Source: an uncultured Acidobacteriota bacterium (GTDB lineage Bacteria > Acidobacteriota > Terriglobia > Acidiferrales > UBA7541). From it: a stretch of DNA of 64,000 nucleotides. Within the stretch, counting starts at the first letter, position 1; the number at the start of each line of letters is the position of its first letter. Under the pieces are notes generated by a model, which was given only the letters and a program-made list of their open reading frames with translations, did not search any database and was not told where the DNA came from. The stretch spans positions 1,067,643-1,131,642 of the forward strand of contig OY970275.1 in the NCBI GenBank assembly GCA_963715795.1. The letters run 5' to 3'. The position numbers and the translations under genes are program-made. Positions 1 to 11,104 of the stretch are shown here, in pieces.

Positions 1-2
1 AT

Positions 3-884
3 TTGTTCAAGGATGCGGCTCAGATGCCTGCCGATCTGCGCAAGCATGTGCGCTATCCCGAAATGTTGCTCGACGTTCAAGCCGGGGCCTACGGCCTCTA
101 TCACATGACCGATCCGGAGGTCTTCTACAACCGTGAGGATTTATGGACCGTTGCGACGGAAGTCGGCATGAACGACGTTGGCGAGCAAACGACGCTGACG
201 ATGCAGCCCAACTTTGTGCTGATGAAACTTCCAGGAGAGACCGATGCGGAGTTCGTCGAGATTCTCCCGTTTACTCCCGCTAACCGGAATAATCTGATTG
301 GCTGGATTGCCGGTCGCAGCGACGGCGCCCAGTATGGCAACTCGATCGTCTACGACTTCCCCAAGACCAAACTTGTGGACGGACCGCTTCAGGTGGAGGC
401 TCGCATCGACCAGAATGCTCAGCTCTCCGGCCAGTTGACCCTCTGGAGCCAGCAAGGCTCGCACGTCCGCCGCGGAAATATGCTAGTGATTCCCATTGGA
501 CGCACTCTGCTTTACGCGGAGCCGATCTATCTCCAGGCGGAGCGAAGCCCCATGCCGGAATTGCGTTTGGTCGTCCTCGCCGTACAAGACCGGCTAGCGT
601 ATGGGCCAACATTCGAGTCCGCCATGGCGGCGCTGTTTGGCGGAGCGGCTTCTTCCACAAGCGCGACTGCGGAATCGCAAGCGCCTTCCGCTCAAAACGG
701 TTCGGCCTCGGCCGCTGCTCCTGTCCCGGAGCCGGCCGCCAGCCTCAAAGGCCTGATCGCCCAGGCCGCCCAAGACCTTGCCGATTACCAGCGATTGACT
801 GCCGAAGGAAAGCTTGGCGAAGCCGGACAAAAGCTGGAGCAGTTGAAGCGCGCGCTCGAACAGTTGAACAAAAACCAAAAATGA
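3..884 (+). CDS. UPF0182 family membrane protein, C-terminal part (5' end outside window)
   Basis: The ORF is open from the window edge. The sequence (VRYPEMLLDVQ, YNREDLW, LYAEPIYLQAE, PELRLVVLA) resembles the conserved C-terminus of UPF0182 proteins and ends in a low-complexity, coiled-coil tail. Confidence 0.7.
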   Translation: MFKDAAQMPADLRKHVRYPEMLLDVQAGAYGLYHMTDPEVFYNREDLWTVATEVGMNDVGEQTTLTMQPNFVLMKLPGETDAEFVEILPFTPANRNNLIGWIAGRSDGAQYGNSIVYDFPKTKLVDGPLQVEARIDQNAQLSGQLTLWSQQGSHVRRGNMLVIPIGRTLLYAEPIYLQAERSPMPELRLVVLAVQDRLAYGPTFESAMAALFGGAASSTSATAESQAPSAQNGSASAAAPVPEPAASLKGLIAQAAQDLADYQRLTAEGKLGEAGQKLEQLKRALEQLNKNQK

Positions 885-964
885 TTTCGTTGAAGGCCCA
901 TCGTCGCCGCGGACCAGGCGACCGAATCGCGGCGCTCGGACGACGACACGAGCGCCAAATGGGT

Positions 965-1513
965 CTACGCCCTTGCTTTGTCGATCATATCGATCCAGAT
1001 GCCTTTGGATTTTAGAATGAGCTCGATGGCTTCGCGCACGGCGCCGCGGCCGGCATTTGCCTTGGTCACGTAGTGCGCCGCGAGTTTCACTTCGAGAACC
1101 GCGTCGCCGACCGCGACGGCAAGTCCCACGCGCCGCATGACCGGCAAGTCCGGCAGATCGTCGCCGACATAAGCGACCGCCGATTCCGGAACACCCGCTT
1201 TCTTAAGGATTTCTTCCAGGGCGGGAATCTTCGTCGGCTGCTTTTGATAAATAAATTCGATTCGCATTTCGTGCGCGCGCCGCAGGAGGGCCGGGCTTTC
1301 CCGCCCTGTGATGACGCCGGTACGGATCCCAGCAGTGTTCGCGAGGGTCAAGCCCTGGCCGTCGTGGGCGTCAAACGTTTTAATTTCGAGCGCCGTGCCA
1401 TCCGGCTGGGAAAGAAACGTGACCGAGCCGTCCGTAAGCGTGCCGTCCACATCCATCAGCAGGACTTGGATCTGCGCGGCGCGTTTTTTGAGAGAAGCTG
1501 GGATTTTCACCAT
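965..1513 (-). CDS. kdsC: 3-deoxy-D-manno-octulosonate 8-phosphate phosphatase (HAD family, KdsC)
   Basis: It has the HAD motif I LMDVDGTLTDG and a KdsC-like length. It lies immediately downstream of kdsD and kdsA on the same strand. I placed the start at MVKIP (ATG 1513) rather than at the ORF-track start of 1606. Confidence 0.8.
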   Translation of the reverse strand: MVKIPASLKKRAAQIQVLLMDVDGTLTDGSVTFLSQPDGTALEIKTFDAHDGQGLTLANTAGIRTGVITGRESPALLRRAHEMRIEFIYQKQPTKIPALEEILKKAGVPESAVAYVGDDLPDLPVMRRVGLAVAVGDAVLEVKLAAHYVTKANAGRGAVREAIELILKSKGIWIDMIDKARA

Positions 1514-1649
1514 TCCTTTTGGCACATTGCGCTCCTGTTGAAAGGACAGAAAAAAGTGCGGATCTAAAGATCCGCCAGTACAACCCCGAAAACCGCGGAC
1601 GTGCAATCGTCCGTTAGATCAGCCTTAACGTCTAGACATGCTCTAACGT

Positions 1650-2609
1650 CTAGATAAGCTCTAGGGTCCACAGGTCGTGGAGGTGAACGACTCCCATGAC
1701 TTTGTTAGATTCATCGACCACGACGACCGATGTGATTTTTCGCTTTTCCATTAGAGTTAGCGCTTCGCTCGCTAGCACTTGTGGTCTCACGACTTGCGGC
1801 TTCACATTCATGCATTGATCCGCGGTCATGCTCAGCGTCGAGCCGCCATGTTTTTCCATCAAGCGGCGCAAGTCGCCATCGGTAATAATCCCCGCCAGCG
1901 TTCCGTCTCCATTAGCCACCGTCGTCATCCCGAGTTTCTTTGCTGACATTTCGTGAAACACCGCCGGCATGGGAGTGTCGAGCGAGACTTTCGGCAGGGC
2001 GTCGCCGACGTGCATGATTTTTTCCACGCGAAGAAGCCGTTTGCCCAGGCTGCCTGCCGGATGAAGAGCCGCGAAATCATCGTGCCGAAAATCGCGGCGC
2101 TCGAGGAGCGACACCGCGAGCGCATCGCCCACAGCCATCGCGACAGTTGTGCTGGCCGTCGGCGCCAGATTCAGCGGACAAGCTTCTTCGCTGACACTGA
2201 CGTCGAGGACCACTTCGCTCGCTTGCGCAATCGTGGACTTCGTGTTTCCTGTGAGCGCCAACATCGGAATTTCAAGCCGCTTCAGCGCGTCAAGCAGGGC
2301 GATGATTTCGCTCGTCTCGCCGCCGTAGGAAACCGCCAGCATCAGGTCGCCGCGCGCGAGCATACCGAGGTCGCCGTGCAGGGCGTCGGCCGGGTGAAGA
2401 AAAAAGGAAGGGGTGCCGGTGCTGGAGAGGGTCGCGGAGATTTTGCGGGCGACGATGCCGGATTTGCCCATGCCGGTGACTACAACGCGGCCTTTGCAGG
2501 CGAAGAGAATGTCGACGGCCTTTTCGAAGGTGGTGTCGAGGCGCGCGAAGACGTCTTGGATGGCTTGGGCTTCGATTTTCAGGACCCGGCGGGCGGTGTC
2601 TAGGCTCAT
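1650..2609 (-). CDS. kdsD: Arabinose-5-phosphate isomerase (KpsF/GutQ/KdsD family; SIS domain plus two CBS domains)
   Basis: It carries the SIS motif VVVTGMGKSG, a C-terminal CBS pair (GIITDGDLRR, VVVVDE...GVVHLHDL) and sits in KDO gene context. Confidence 0.85.
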   Translation of the reverse strand: MSLDTARRVLKIEAQAIQDVFARLDTTFEKAVDILFACKGRVVVTGMGKSGIVARKISATLSSTGTPSFFLHPADALHGDLGMLARGDLMLAVSYGGETSEIIALLDALKRLEIPMLALTGNTKSTIAQASEVVLDVSVSEEACPLNLAPTASTTVAMAVGDALAVSLLERRDFRHDDFAALHPAGSLGKRLLRVEKIMHVGDALPKVSLDTPMPAVFHEMSAKKLGMTTVANGDGTLAGIITDGDLRRLMEKHGGSTLSMTADQCMNVKPQVVRPQVLASEALTLMEKRKITSVVVVDESNKVMGVVHLHDLWTLELI

Positions 2610-2636
2610 GGGGCGGTGACCTGTGGAGGGGGAATC

Positions 2637-2671
2637 GTGACTGGTGACTGCTGACTGGTGACTACTGCGAG
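2637..2671. repeat. Tandem heptamer array (GTGACTG-like, about 5 units)
   Basis: The units gtgactg gtgactg ctgactg gtgacta ctgcgag are read directly. The array lies 28 nt upstream of the kdsD start codon. Confidence 0.8.
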
Positions 2672-2702
2672 CACTGGCTGGGTAGGTGGCGTTATCCGAG
2701 GT

Positions 2703-2725
2703 GGCGCAGCATGCTGCCCCGCTAC
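2703..2725. repeat. Degenerate copy of the GTAGGGGC...GCCCCTAC palindromic REP-like element
   Basis: The sequence ggcgcagcatgctgccccgctac shares the gcgcagcatgctgcgcccctac core of the perfect palindrome at 56663..56694. Confidence 0.5.
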
Positions 2726-2774
2726 AAGTGGAGCTGAATGGCGGCAGGCGGTGTCAAATGGCACCCCCCGGAAA

Positions 2775-2867
2775 TTTGTAAATGTTGCATCTAAAGGATT
2801 TAGCGTTTTTGTAAGTCCTTTGTTTGCAACGGTTACAGGGAATTTCGTAGATGTTGATTCTAAAGGG
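2775..2867. repeat. Three tandem modules of the TTTGTAA(G/A)TG-N-ATTCTAAAGG family (locus A)
   Basis: The modules are tttgtaaatgttgcatctaaagga (2775), the partial tttgtaagtcc (2808) and tttcgtagatgttgattctaaagggg (2843). The same module type recurs at 38512..38614. Confidence 0.7.
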
Positions 2868-2962
2868 GTTAAGTTCACTGTGAGGGTTGACTTTTGGCAG
2901 TTCGCGCAGGTGTACATTCGACGCTCTAGAGGCAGGCAGAATTTGATGCGCGGAATTCGTAT

Positions 2963-2990
2963 GAGGGTCACGGCGTGTCGTGCCCCTAGG
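2963..2990. repeat. Degenerate REP-like hairpin (cacggcgtgtcgtgcccctagg)
   Basis: It resembles the gggcacgat..atcgtgcccctac copies at 8941 and 21234. Confidence 0.4.
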
Positions 2991-3015
2991 AAGCGAGTTG
3001 CCGGGCGAAGGGGGG

Positions 3016-3876
3016 TCATTGTGCGCTCCAGCTACGCACTAGAGTTGACAGTTCTTTTAGGCGCTTGAGGAGGGTGAGAAGTTGAGAAAGGGGCAGGGCA
3101 TTGGGGCCGTCGGAGAGGGCGGCGGCGGGGTTGTCGTGGGTTTCGAGGAAGATACCGTCGACGCCTGCGGCCACTCCGGCGCGGGCTAACGGCTCAATGA
3201 ATTCGGGCTGGCCGCCGCTGGCGTGGCCTTGGCCGCCGGGGAGTTGGACGGAGTGTGTTACGTCGAAAACGACCGGATAACCGAGTTTCCGGAGAATGGG
3301 GAAGGAGCGCATGTCTACCACGAGATTGTTGTAGCCGAAGGAGGCGCCGCGCTCGGTGAGAATGATGTTGGTGGTGCCGGTGCTGGCAATTTTTTCGACG
3401 ACGTTGGACATGTCCCACGGAGAGACGAATTGGGGCTTTTTGACGTTTACGATGCGGCCAGTCTTGGCGGCGGCGAGGAGCAGATCGGTTTGCCGCGCGA
3501 GGAAGGCGGGGATTTGCAGGATGTTGCAAACTTCGGCAGCGGGCTGGGCCTGCGAAACTTCGTGAATGTCTGTGAGGATCGGGAGGTTCAGGTCGGATTT
3601 GATTTTGGCGAGGATGCGGAGGCCCTCTTTTAGCCCGGGACCGCGAAAAGCTTTGACGGAAGAGCGGTTGGCTTTGTCGTAGGAGGCTTTGAAAATGTAC
3701 GGGACGCCGCAACCGGCGGCAATTTGCGCGACTTTTTCCGCCATGTTTCGTGCGTGGGCTTCGCTTTCGATTACACATGGACCGGCGATGAGAAAGAGCG
3801 GGTTGCCGCCACCGAGCCGCATGCTGCCAAGTGAAATGTCGCGAGCTGGATTCATCGAAGTTACCGAAGATAGCAT
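3016..3876 (-). CDS. kdsA: 3-deoxy-8-phosphooctulonate synthase (KDO-8-P synthase)
   Basis: KdsA-like motifs are present: LFLIAGPCVIESE, KASYDKANRSS, THSVQLPGG. The start may be a downstream Met (MNPARD or MRLGG). Confidence 0.9.
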   Translation of the reverse strand: MLSSVTSMNPARDISLGSMRLGGGNPLFLIAGPCVIESEAHARNMAEKVAQIAAGCGVPYIFKASYDKANRSSVKAFRGPGLKEGLRILAKIKSDLNLPILTDIHEVSQAQPAAEVCNILQIPAFLARQTDLLLAAAKTGRIVNVKKPQFVSPWDMSNVVEKIASTGTTNIILTERGASFGYNNLVVDMRSFPILRKLGYPVVFDVTHSVQLPGGQGHASGGQPEFIEPLARAGVAAGVDGIFLETHDNPAAALSDGPNALPLSQLLTLLKRLKELSTLVRSWSAQ

Positions 3877-4121
3877 ACGCGACTTCGATTTGGAGAATTG
3901 CTCGATTGTCGCAGTGAATTAGGTCCCGGGGGCGATTTATCTGGAGTTAGCTCGGCGCGGCTTCCCAGAACCGGACATATGGCCAGCGACTAGCGGGACG
4001 TCGACTTGGCGGGACGTTTCCTGCATCGGCACCCAATGGCTGGATGCTTCGGACTCGTAGTTGCTGATCCTGATGCGGATCAGCTACCTCTTCAATTTTG
4101 GAACTCAGCATTAAGTAATGG

Positions 4122-5509
4122 TCATTGCCACTTGGTCGCGTCCCTAGTGACTACCTCGGCTATCTGGCTTTCGGGGAGGCCCAAGTGGAGCAGCATCGCT
4201 CCGCGCAGAAGGGCGCGCATCCTCTGATTCAATAGGAACATCTCTTTGCCCTTAACCGGCCTTTTCTTGGACCTCAGGCCGCTGCCGGTGTGCGTGTAGA
4301 AATTTCGCGTCACGACCACGTTTGAGATGAACGTCTCTGGGACGATCCCCATCTTGACCAGCGTCGGAGCGCTAATCGACTGGCACAGTGCCGTGAGCCG
4401 TGTGGCGAGGGTCGGGTCGCCGGCGTGCATCATCGAATTGCAGATCTTCTCTTTAAGTTCGGGACCAACGGCTTGGGCGTCGAGTGTCAGGCGAATCGCC
4501 TTGCGGACATTGCGAAGTGTGAGCCGGTCGGTGGCAGAGGCATTCGTGCTGGCACGGTGGAAGCCTTCCAAAGCCTGAGCCAAGGCAAGGAATTCCGTCT
4601 CGATGAAGAGCTCGCTTTTGCGCAGGACTTCGAGGGCAAGGCTTTCCACAGAATCGAATTTCGAAGGCAGGCAAATCCACGTGATTATGGCTTGCCCGAG
4701 CTGGTTCGGGGAGCACATCACGCACTGCCTGCGATCGAACTGGCGGACGGAACCGCTTCGTTTCGTTATGAGGTGACCGCTCTCATCTCCGTAGTAGACG
4801 AATAGCGTGTCCATCGCAACGGAGCCGCCTGTGAGCAAAGAGAACAGGTTTTCAAGGCGTCCACCGATCCGGCGGTACCACGCCAGCGACTCGGGATTGG
4901 GACTTTGAACTTCGACTGACGCGATAGACCTGCTGAGCCGTGACGGGTCGTCCTTGCCGCTGGTCAGTTCGGATACAACCCTGACCGAGATGCGAACCCG
5001 GGAGTCGATGAGAGAAAAGTCCTGGATTTGCCGGGCTCCATTGGAATCGTGACTACGATTTGGTCGATGTCCCACTTTTCATCGAAGGCCCGGGGGAACC
5101 ACGCGCTCAAGCCCTCGAAGGTATATCTGGCCGAGGTGAGGCATTTGTCGTTGATTCCGTTGATGTGCATTCCCCCGAGACAGGACAGCACTCTGAAGGA
5201 CCTAGCCTTGATGGCCTGTCCGACCGCGAAGTTAGTGCTACCTGGTCCGGGTTGCTCGACGAGCTGGCACAGCGTAAACAGCCCGTCTTCGGTGAAGCCG
5301 TGAAGCGCCGGAATCATTGTGGAATCCGGCATCGCGAGCATTCCCGGACCTGTCGATATTGGCCTTTCATATTCCGGCGCGGTGATGAAGTTGATTTCCC
5401 GCTCGTCCGATACGAGGGTACCTTTCATGATCGTGTCGGGTGTCTCGGGCGACCAGAACGCACCGATCATGCTGAATCGCGAATCGAGCTGTAGGCTCTT
5501 ATCGGCCAT
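4122..5509 (-). pseudogene. ApeA-like HEPN-domain defence protein, split into two frames (apparent frameshift near 5030-5040)
   Basis: ORF 4964..5509 resembles an ApeA N-terminal domain (IGAFWSPETPDTIMKGTLV, ALHGFTEDGLFTL). ORF 4122..5075 carries an Rx4H HEPN motif (VVTRNFYTHTG). The two ORFs overlap by 112 nt in different frames and can be joined to give one protein of about 460 aa. Confidence 0.55.
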
Positions 5510-5702
5510 TCCAAGAGTTTAACGGATGAAGCGGCGATCATACGAACCGCACGAGCGAGAAACGGGCTTCTGGGAAGCTTACTTACAGCCTATGGCAAGC
5601 ACGCTTCGACCGTCCTGCAACCTATGTCAGTCCTGACTAGGAGGCTCGATCAATTTTTGAACTACACTTCTGGGTTCGCTCAGACCAGGAAATCAAATCG
5701 TT

Positions 5703-8690
5703 TCATCGGAATTTTCCGTGGTCCCTGCGATGGCGGATAACGGACACGAATGTCCCGGTGTCATAGGTTGCGGAAGTCCAGGGCATGCTCAAAATAAAAT
5801 CGGCGGAGTCGCCGCAACCGGCAAAGTTGACTGTAAACGTCGTGCTGGCCGTAGCTCCAACCGCGAGATCGCCCAACACGATGGGATAACCGCTCGGCGA
5901 TGTGATCACCGGCCGGCAGCGCCCTCCGGCAAACGGCTGCAGTGTAAATCCGTTGATCTGCGTTGCGTAAGCTATGCCGACGTCGCCGTTCGTTGCGGTT
6001 ACGGTGAATACCCGCGTGTCGCTCTGCTTGCCTTTTTCGTCGGAATCCGAAACGGAGAACGATAGCCCGTATCCCGGCAACTGCGTGGGATCGACAATTC
6101 CCCAGTAAGCGGGCTTGGCTTGCAACTCCGTATCGAAGGGCAGCGGCGCATCCAGCCGGTCGATGGGGAAACTATCCAGCCAGGTGTCGTCGTCCGCAAA
6201 GCCCCAGAAGGTTACCGCGCTTATCTTGCCGCGCAGGCGCCGCAGCGCGTCAAAGTACTGTTTGTAAAGCCAGCCCTGTTCGGCAATCAGCGATGGCGGC
6301 ACGGTTGGCGCGTAGTTCGATGTGTTGTCGCCGGCGTTGTAGACGCTGACGTCCATTTCGGTAATTTGCTGATCGATGTCGCGGAAATTCTCGTGAATGG
6401 TATCGATCGCGTTGACGATCGCGTCCGCGGACGGATAGTTGATATCGTTATGCATCTCGTGGCCGATTCCATCCAGGGGTATGCCGCGCTCGCGAAGATC
6501 CCGCACTACGCGCACAAGGCACGCCAGCCGGTTCGGATCGGTTGTGCTGTAGTCATTGATGAACAGCTTCGTTCCGGGAGGTGCGTACTGCCGTGCCGCC
6601 AGCAGCGCGACGTCGATGTACCCCTTGCCGAGCACCTGATAGAACGGCCCGTGATACAGACAGTCTGATTGGGTAGGATCGATCGGTTCGTTCACGACGT
6701 CCCAGGCATACACGGCCGTGCCGAAGTGCTGCACCTCGTTTTGTATGTGCTCCTGGATATTCGCAGTCACCGTGGCCTGATTGGCGGAGGAGTTGGTTCC
6801 GTCTCCTGTGGCATACGCCGGCGTCTGCTCACCCGTTGACCACACCAGATTCTGCCCGCGTACGCGCATCTCGTTGCACACCGCCAGGCCCACTTCACTG
6901 TCGGCGTTTTCGTAGGTATACGTGCCCTCGGTAGCTTCTACTGAACTCCACTTCATGTCGTTTTCCGAAGTGATGCTGTCGAAGTGCTTGGTCAATAGCT
7001 GTGCGTGCGGTCGGGAAAGATCCGTCAAGTCAACGGCTGCGCCGACCGGGAAGAACGGCGAGAGTGTCTTGAAAATCGAAGGTATGCCGGTTTGAATGGT
7101 CGGCGGCGGAACGTAGGTGAGCTGGAAGTCGTCCACATAGAACGACACCAGATCGTTGCCCGATGCCGGAACGGTCTGCAAATATAAGTACGCGGCTCCC
7201 GGATCGTAGTTATTGGCCATGTTGTATCGCATCACGCTGATTTGGTGCCAATTCCCGTCCGCGGGAATGGTCACGCCGGGGTAAGCGGTCATGCTCGGAT
7301 AGCTGGTGTTGCCATCGAGCGTGGTCTGTAAGCTCATGTTTAGGATGTGATTCGAGCCGTCGGTCGGCACCAGCATCACCCACACGCTGGCGTTGTACAC
7401 CGAGCCGACGTACATCTTGTCGCTGACATTGATTTGAGGTCCGTCGTAGTTCGCGACACGCCCGGTGACGAGCAGGCTGTGCGTACCGCTGTGCGCCTCC
7501 GCCGTCGTATTGGTCAGCGTGGAACCCGAACGCGAACTCCACCCGTCCAAGCCGCCATCCTCGAAGGTCGTGGTGATCCCGCTATTGTCCTGCTGGCTCA
7601 GGCTTGGCGGCGGTGGCGAGAGCTCGCCGATGGTCACATCGTCAATGTAAAAAGAATCCGTCGCGCTGCTGGATTGTATGTAGAGAACCAAGCTCGACGG
7701 CGGACCAGGCAAATTGCTGAAGCTGAAGGTGCCCTGGACCTTAGTCCACGCCGTGCTGGAGAGTGCGCCCGAGGTCGCAAGATTACTGTACGAACCCGAT
7801 GCGTTGGCGCAGTTCGTCGTTTTCGTGGAAATTGTCGCTGTCGGATCGCTGCTGTCCGGCGCCGCGAGCAACACGTACGCAGTAACCTGATACGTCGCGC
7901 CTGCAACAACGCCGTTCACGCTCAGTAGGTTCAGGCTCGGCCCCATGTAACCCGCCGTGCGGTTCGCAACCAGAAGGCTGCGCGCATCGCCATTCGGATC
8001 CGTAATCGGCGGAATACTATTCGCCAGGGACGCGGAACCAAACGGCGTCCAGCCATCCAGGCCGCCATCCGCGAATGTGTACGTGGCTATCGGCGTTCCG
8101 CCCGGCGGCGGTGCCGTCTCCGTGATCACCACCTCGTCCAAATAGAACGATTGCGCTGTGGTCGCTCCCACCAACTGCGCGTAGAGCACTAATCCCGTTT
8201 CCGTGGTGCTGACCGTGTAGCTTCCACCAATTTGCGCCCATCCGGAACTCGACACCGGCACTTGGTAACTTCCCACGGTGTCGTAGCACGTCCCTCCGGA
8301 GCAGCCCGGATCGCTGCGTTTTATCGTGAAGTTCGCGTTCGTTGCCGTCTCGCCGCTGGTGAGCATCACGTACCCCGTGATCGTGTACGTTGCCCCTGCC
8401 TGCAACACACCATTCAAAGAGATCGACGGCCCACCCGCGCCGCTGGAGTTCGTCGTAGTAAGCAAACTGTACGACCCGGAATATGCCGCAGCCGTTGTCG
8501 CCACCGGTGTGCTGGCGCCATTGAAGGATGTCCAGCCATCCGCCGTTCCGTCTTCGAAGCTGTAGGTCACAACCGTCTGCGCGTTTGTACCTTTGGCGCA
8601 GAACAGCGCGAAAACAGCAATCAGAAAACCGATACGCGCGATTTGATTTGTGAATACTACTGGCGACATCTTGGCAAATGACGGGAGCAT
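5703..8690 (-). CDS. Secreted endo-1,4-beta-xylanase (GH10) with three N-terminal CBM4_9/CBM22-like modules and an uncharacterised C-terminal domain
   Basis: It has a signal peptide (IGFLIAVFALFCAKGTNAQ). Three repeats of about 170 aa each begin with FEDGxxDGW and end with FY(L/I/V)D(D/E)V. GH10 motifs are present: WDVVNEP, LFINDYS, ITEMDVS, VTFWGFADDDTWL. Confidence 0.85.
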   Translation of the reverse strand: MLPSFAKMSPVVFTNQIARIGFLIAVFALFCAKGTNAQTVVTYSFEDGTADGWTSFNGASTPVATTAAAYSGSYSLLTTTNSSGAGGPSISLNGVLQAGATYTITGYVMLTSGETATNANFTIKRSDPGCSGGTCYDTVGSYQVPVSSSGWAQIGGSYTVSTTETGLVLYAQLVGATTAQSFYLDEVVITETAPPPGGTPIATYTFADGGLDGWTPFGSASLANSIPPITDPNGDARSLLVANRTAGYMGPSLNLLSVNGVVAGATYQVTAYVLLAAPDSSDPTATISTKTTNCANASGSYSNLATSGALSSTAWTKVQGTFSFSNLPGPPSSLVLYIQSSSATDSFYIDDVTIGELSPPPPSLSQQDNSGITTTFEDGGLDGWSSRSGSTLTNTTAEAHSGTHSLLVTGRVANYDGPQINVSDKMYVGSVYNASVWVMLVPTDGSNHILNMSLQTTLDGNTSYPSMTAYPGVTIPADGNWHQISVMRYNMANNYDPGAAYLYLQTVPASGNDLVSFYVDDFQLTYVPPPTIQTGIPSIFKTLSPFFPVGAAVDLTDLSRPHAQLLTKHFDSITSENDMKWSSVEATEGTYTYENADSEVGLAVCNEMRVRGQNLVWSTGEQTPAYATGDGTNSSANQATVTANIQEHIQNEVQHFGTAVYAWDVVNEPIDPTQSDCLYHGPFYQVLGKGYIDVALLAARQYAPPGTKLFINDYSTTDPNRLACLVRVVRDLRERGIPLDGIGHEMHNDINYPSADAIVNAIDTIHENFRDIDQQITEMDVSVYNAGDNTSNYAPTVPPSLIAEQGWLYKQYFDALRRLRGKISAVTFWGFADDDTWLDSFPIDRLDAPLPFDTELQAKPAYWGIVDPTQLPGYGLSFSVSDSDEKGKQSDTRVFTVTATNGDVGIAYATQINGFTLQPFAGGRCRPVITSPSGYPIVLGDLAVGATASTTFTVNFAGCGDSADFILSMPWTSATYDTGTFVSVIRHRRDHGKFR

Positions 8691-8940
8691 GGCGATTCTC
8701 CTTTACCAACACGACGGCCCGAAACGCCCTATCGTGTACGTTAACGACATCTGAGAAGTTTAGTACATAGGCTATGTACGTCCGGGGGAACCCACTTCTA
8801 GGAAAGACAGGCATAAGCTACACCTCTTGCGTAGGTGCGTGTCAAGCGAGTTTTTTCGGAAGAGCTGAGAGGCGGGCAAAGGACGCGGTGCTGCAAAGGG
8901 GCACAGCCGTTCAAGGCTCATGTTGAAGATGCTGAACACC

Positions 8941-8964
8941 GGGCACGATGTATCGTGCCCCTAC
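8941..8964. repeat. REP-like palindrome gggcacgatgtatcgtgcccctac
   Basis: The stem is gggcacgat/atcgtgccc. It lies just downstream of the pyrG stop. The same element occurs in opposite orientation at 21234..21257. Confidence 0.75.
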
Positions 8965-8976
8965 ACATGCTTGAGA

Positions 8977-10686
<1,710 letters not shown>

Positions 10687-11104
10687 TTATCCGCCCTCCT
10701 CAGGATTGACGTACAAACAATTATGGGCGGAAAAGGAAAGAGTGTCAAATCGAAGAAATGATTTTGGGAACTCAAAAATTCGCGGAAGGGAACTGGAGAG
10801 CAAGGGAAGTTCTGTGCGGGCCGCCGAAGCAGAAAAATATATCGTGCCGCGCAACTTCTCCGCAGTGAGCGGGTTGAATGCACCGGGGAGGAGCATGCGC
10901 GTTTGGTTGCCCCATCCTTGTTACAGGGTGGCAGTTGCGTAATCGCGGGCATTGCTCGATTGAACAAAGTGATTCCTGTGCGGAAACATTTGCGGCGCAG
11001 CAATCATCAAAGCAGTGGAAGATAAGCGTGCGCCCGCGGCGCAAACCCGGGCGACGCTATCCTGAGGGATTCTTCGAGAGTCTCTCGAATGTGGGGAAGG
11101 GGTA

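Noticed and set aside
2756-2769. TGGCAC-containing motifs (about 2757, 38711 and 35704) as sigma-54 promoters.
   Set aside because: None has the TTGC element at the required N5 spacing, and none has an appropriately oriented downstream gene.
4964-5509. Programmed ribosomal frameshifting as the explanation for the two ApeA-like frames.
   Set aside because: I saw no slippery heptamer or obvious downstream structure at the likely junction (about 5030..5040). A mutation or a sequencing indel is more parsimonious. This remains formally untested.
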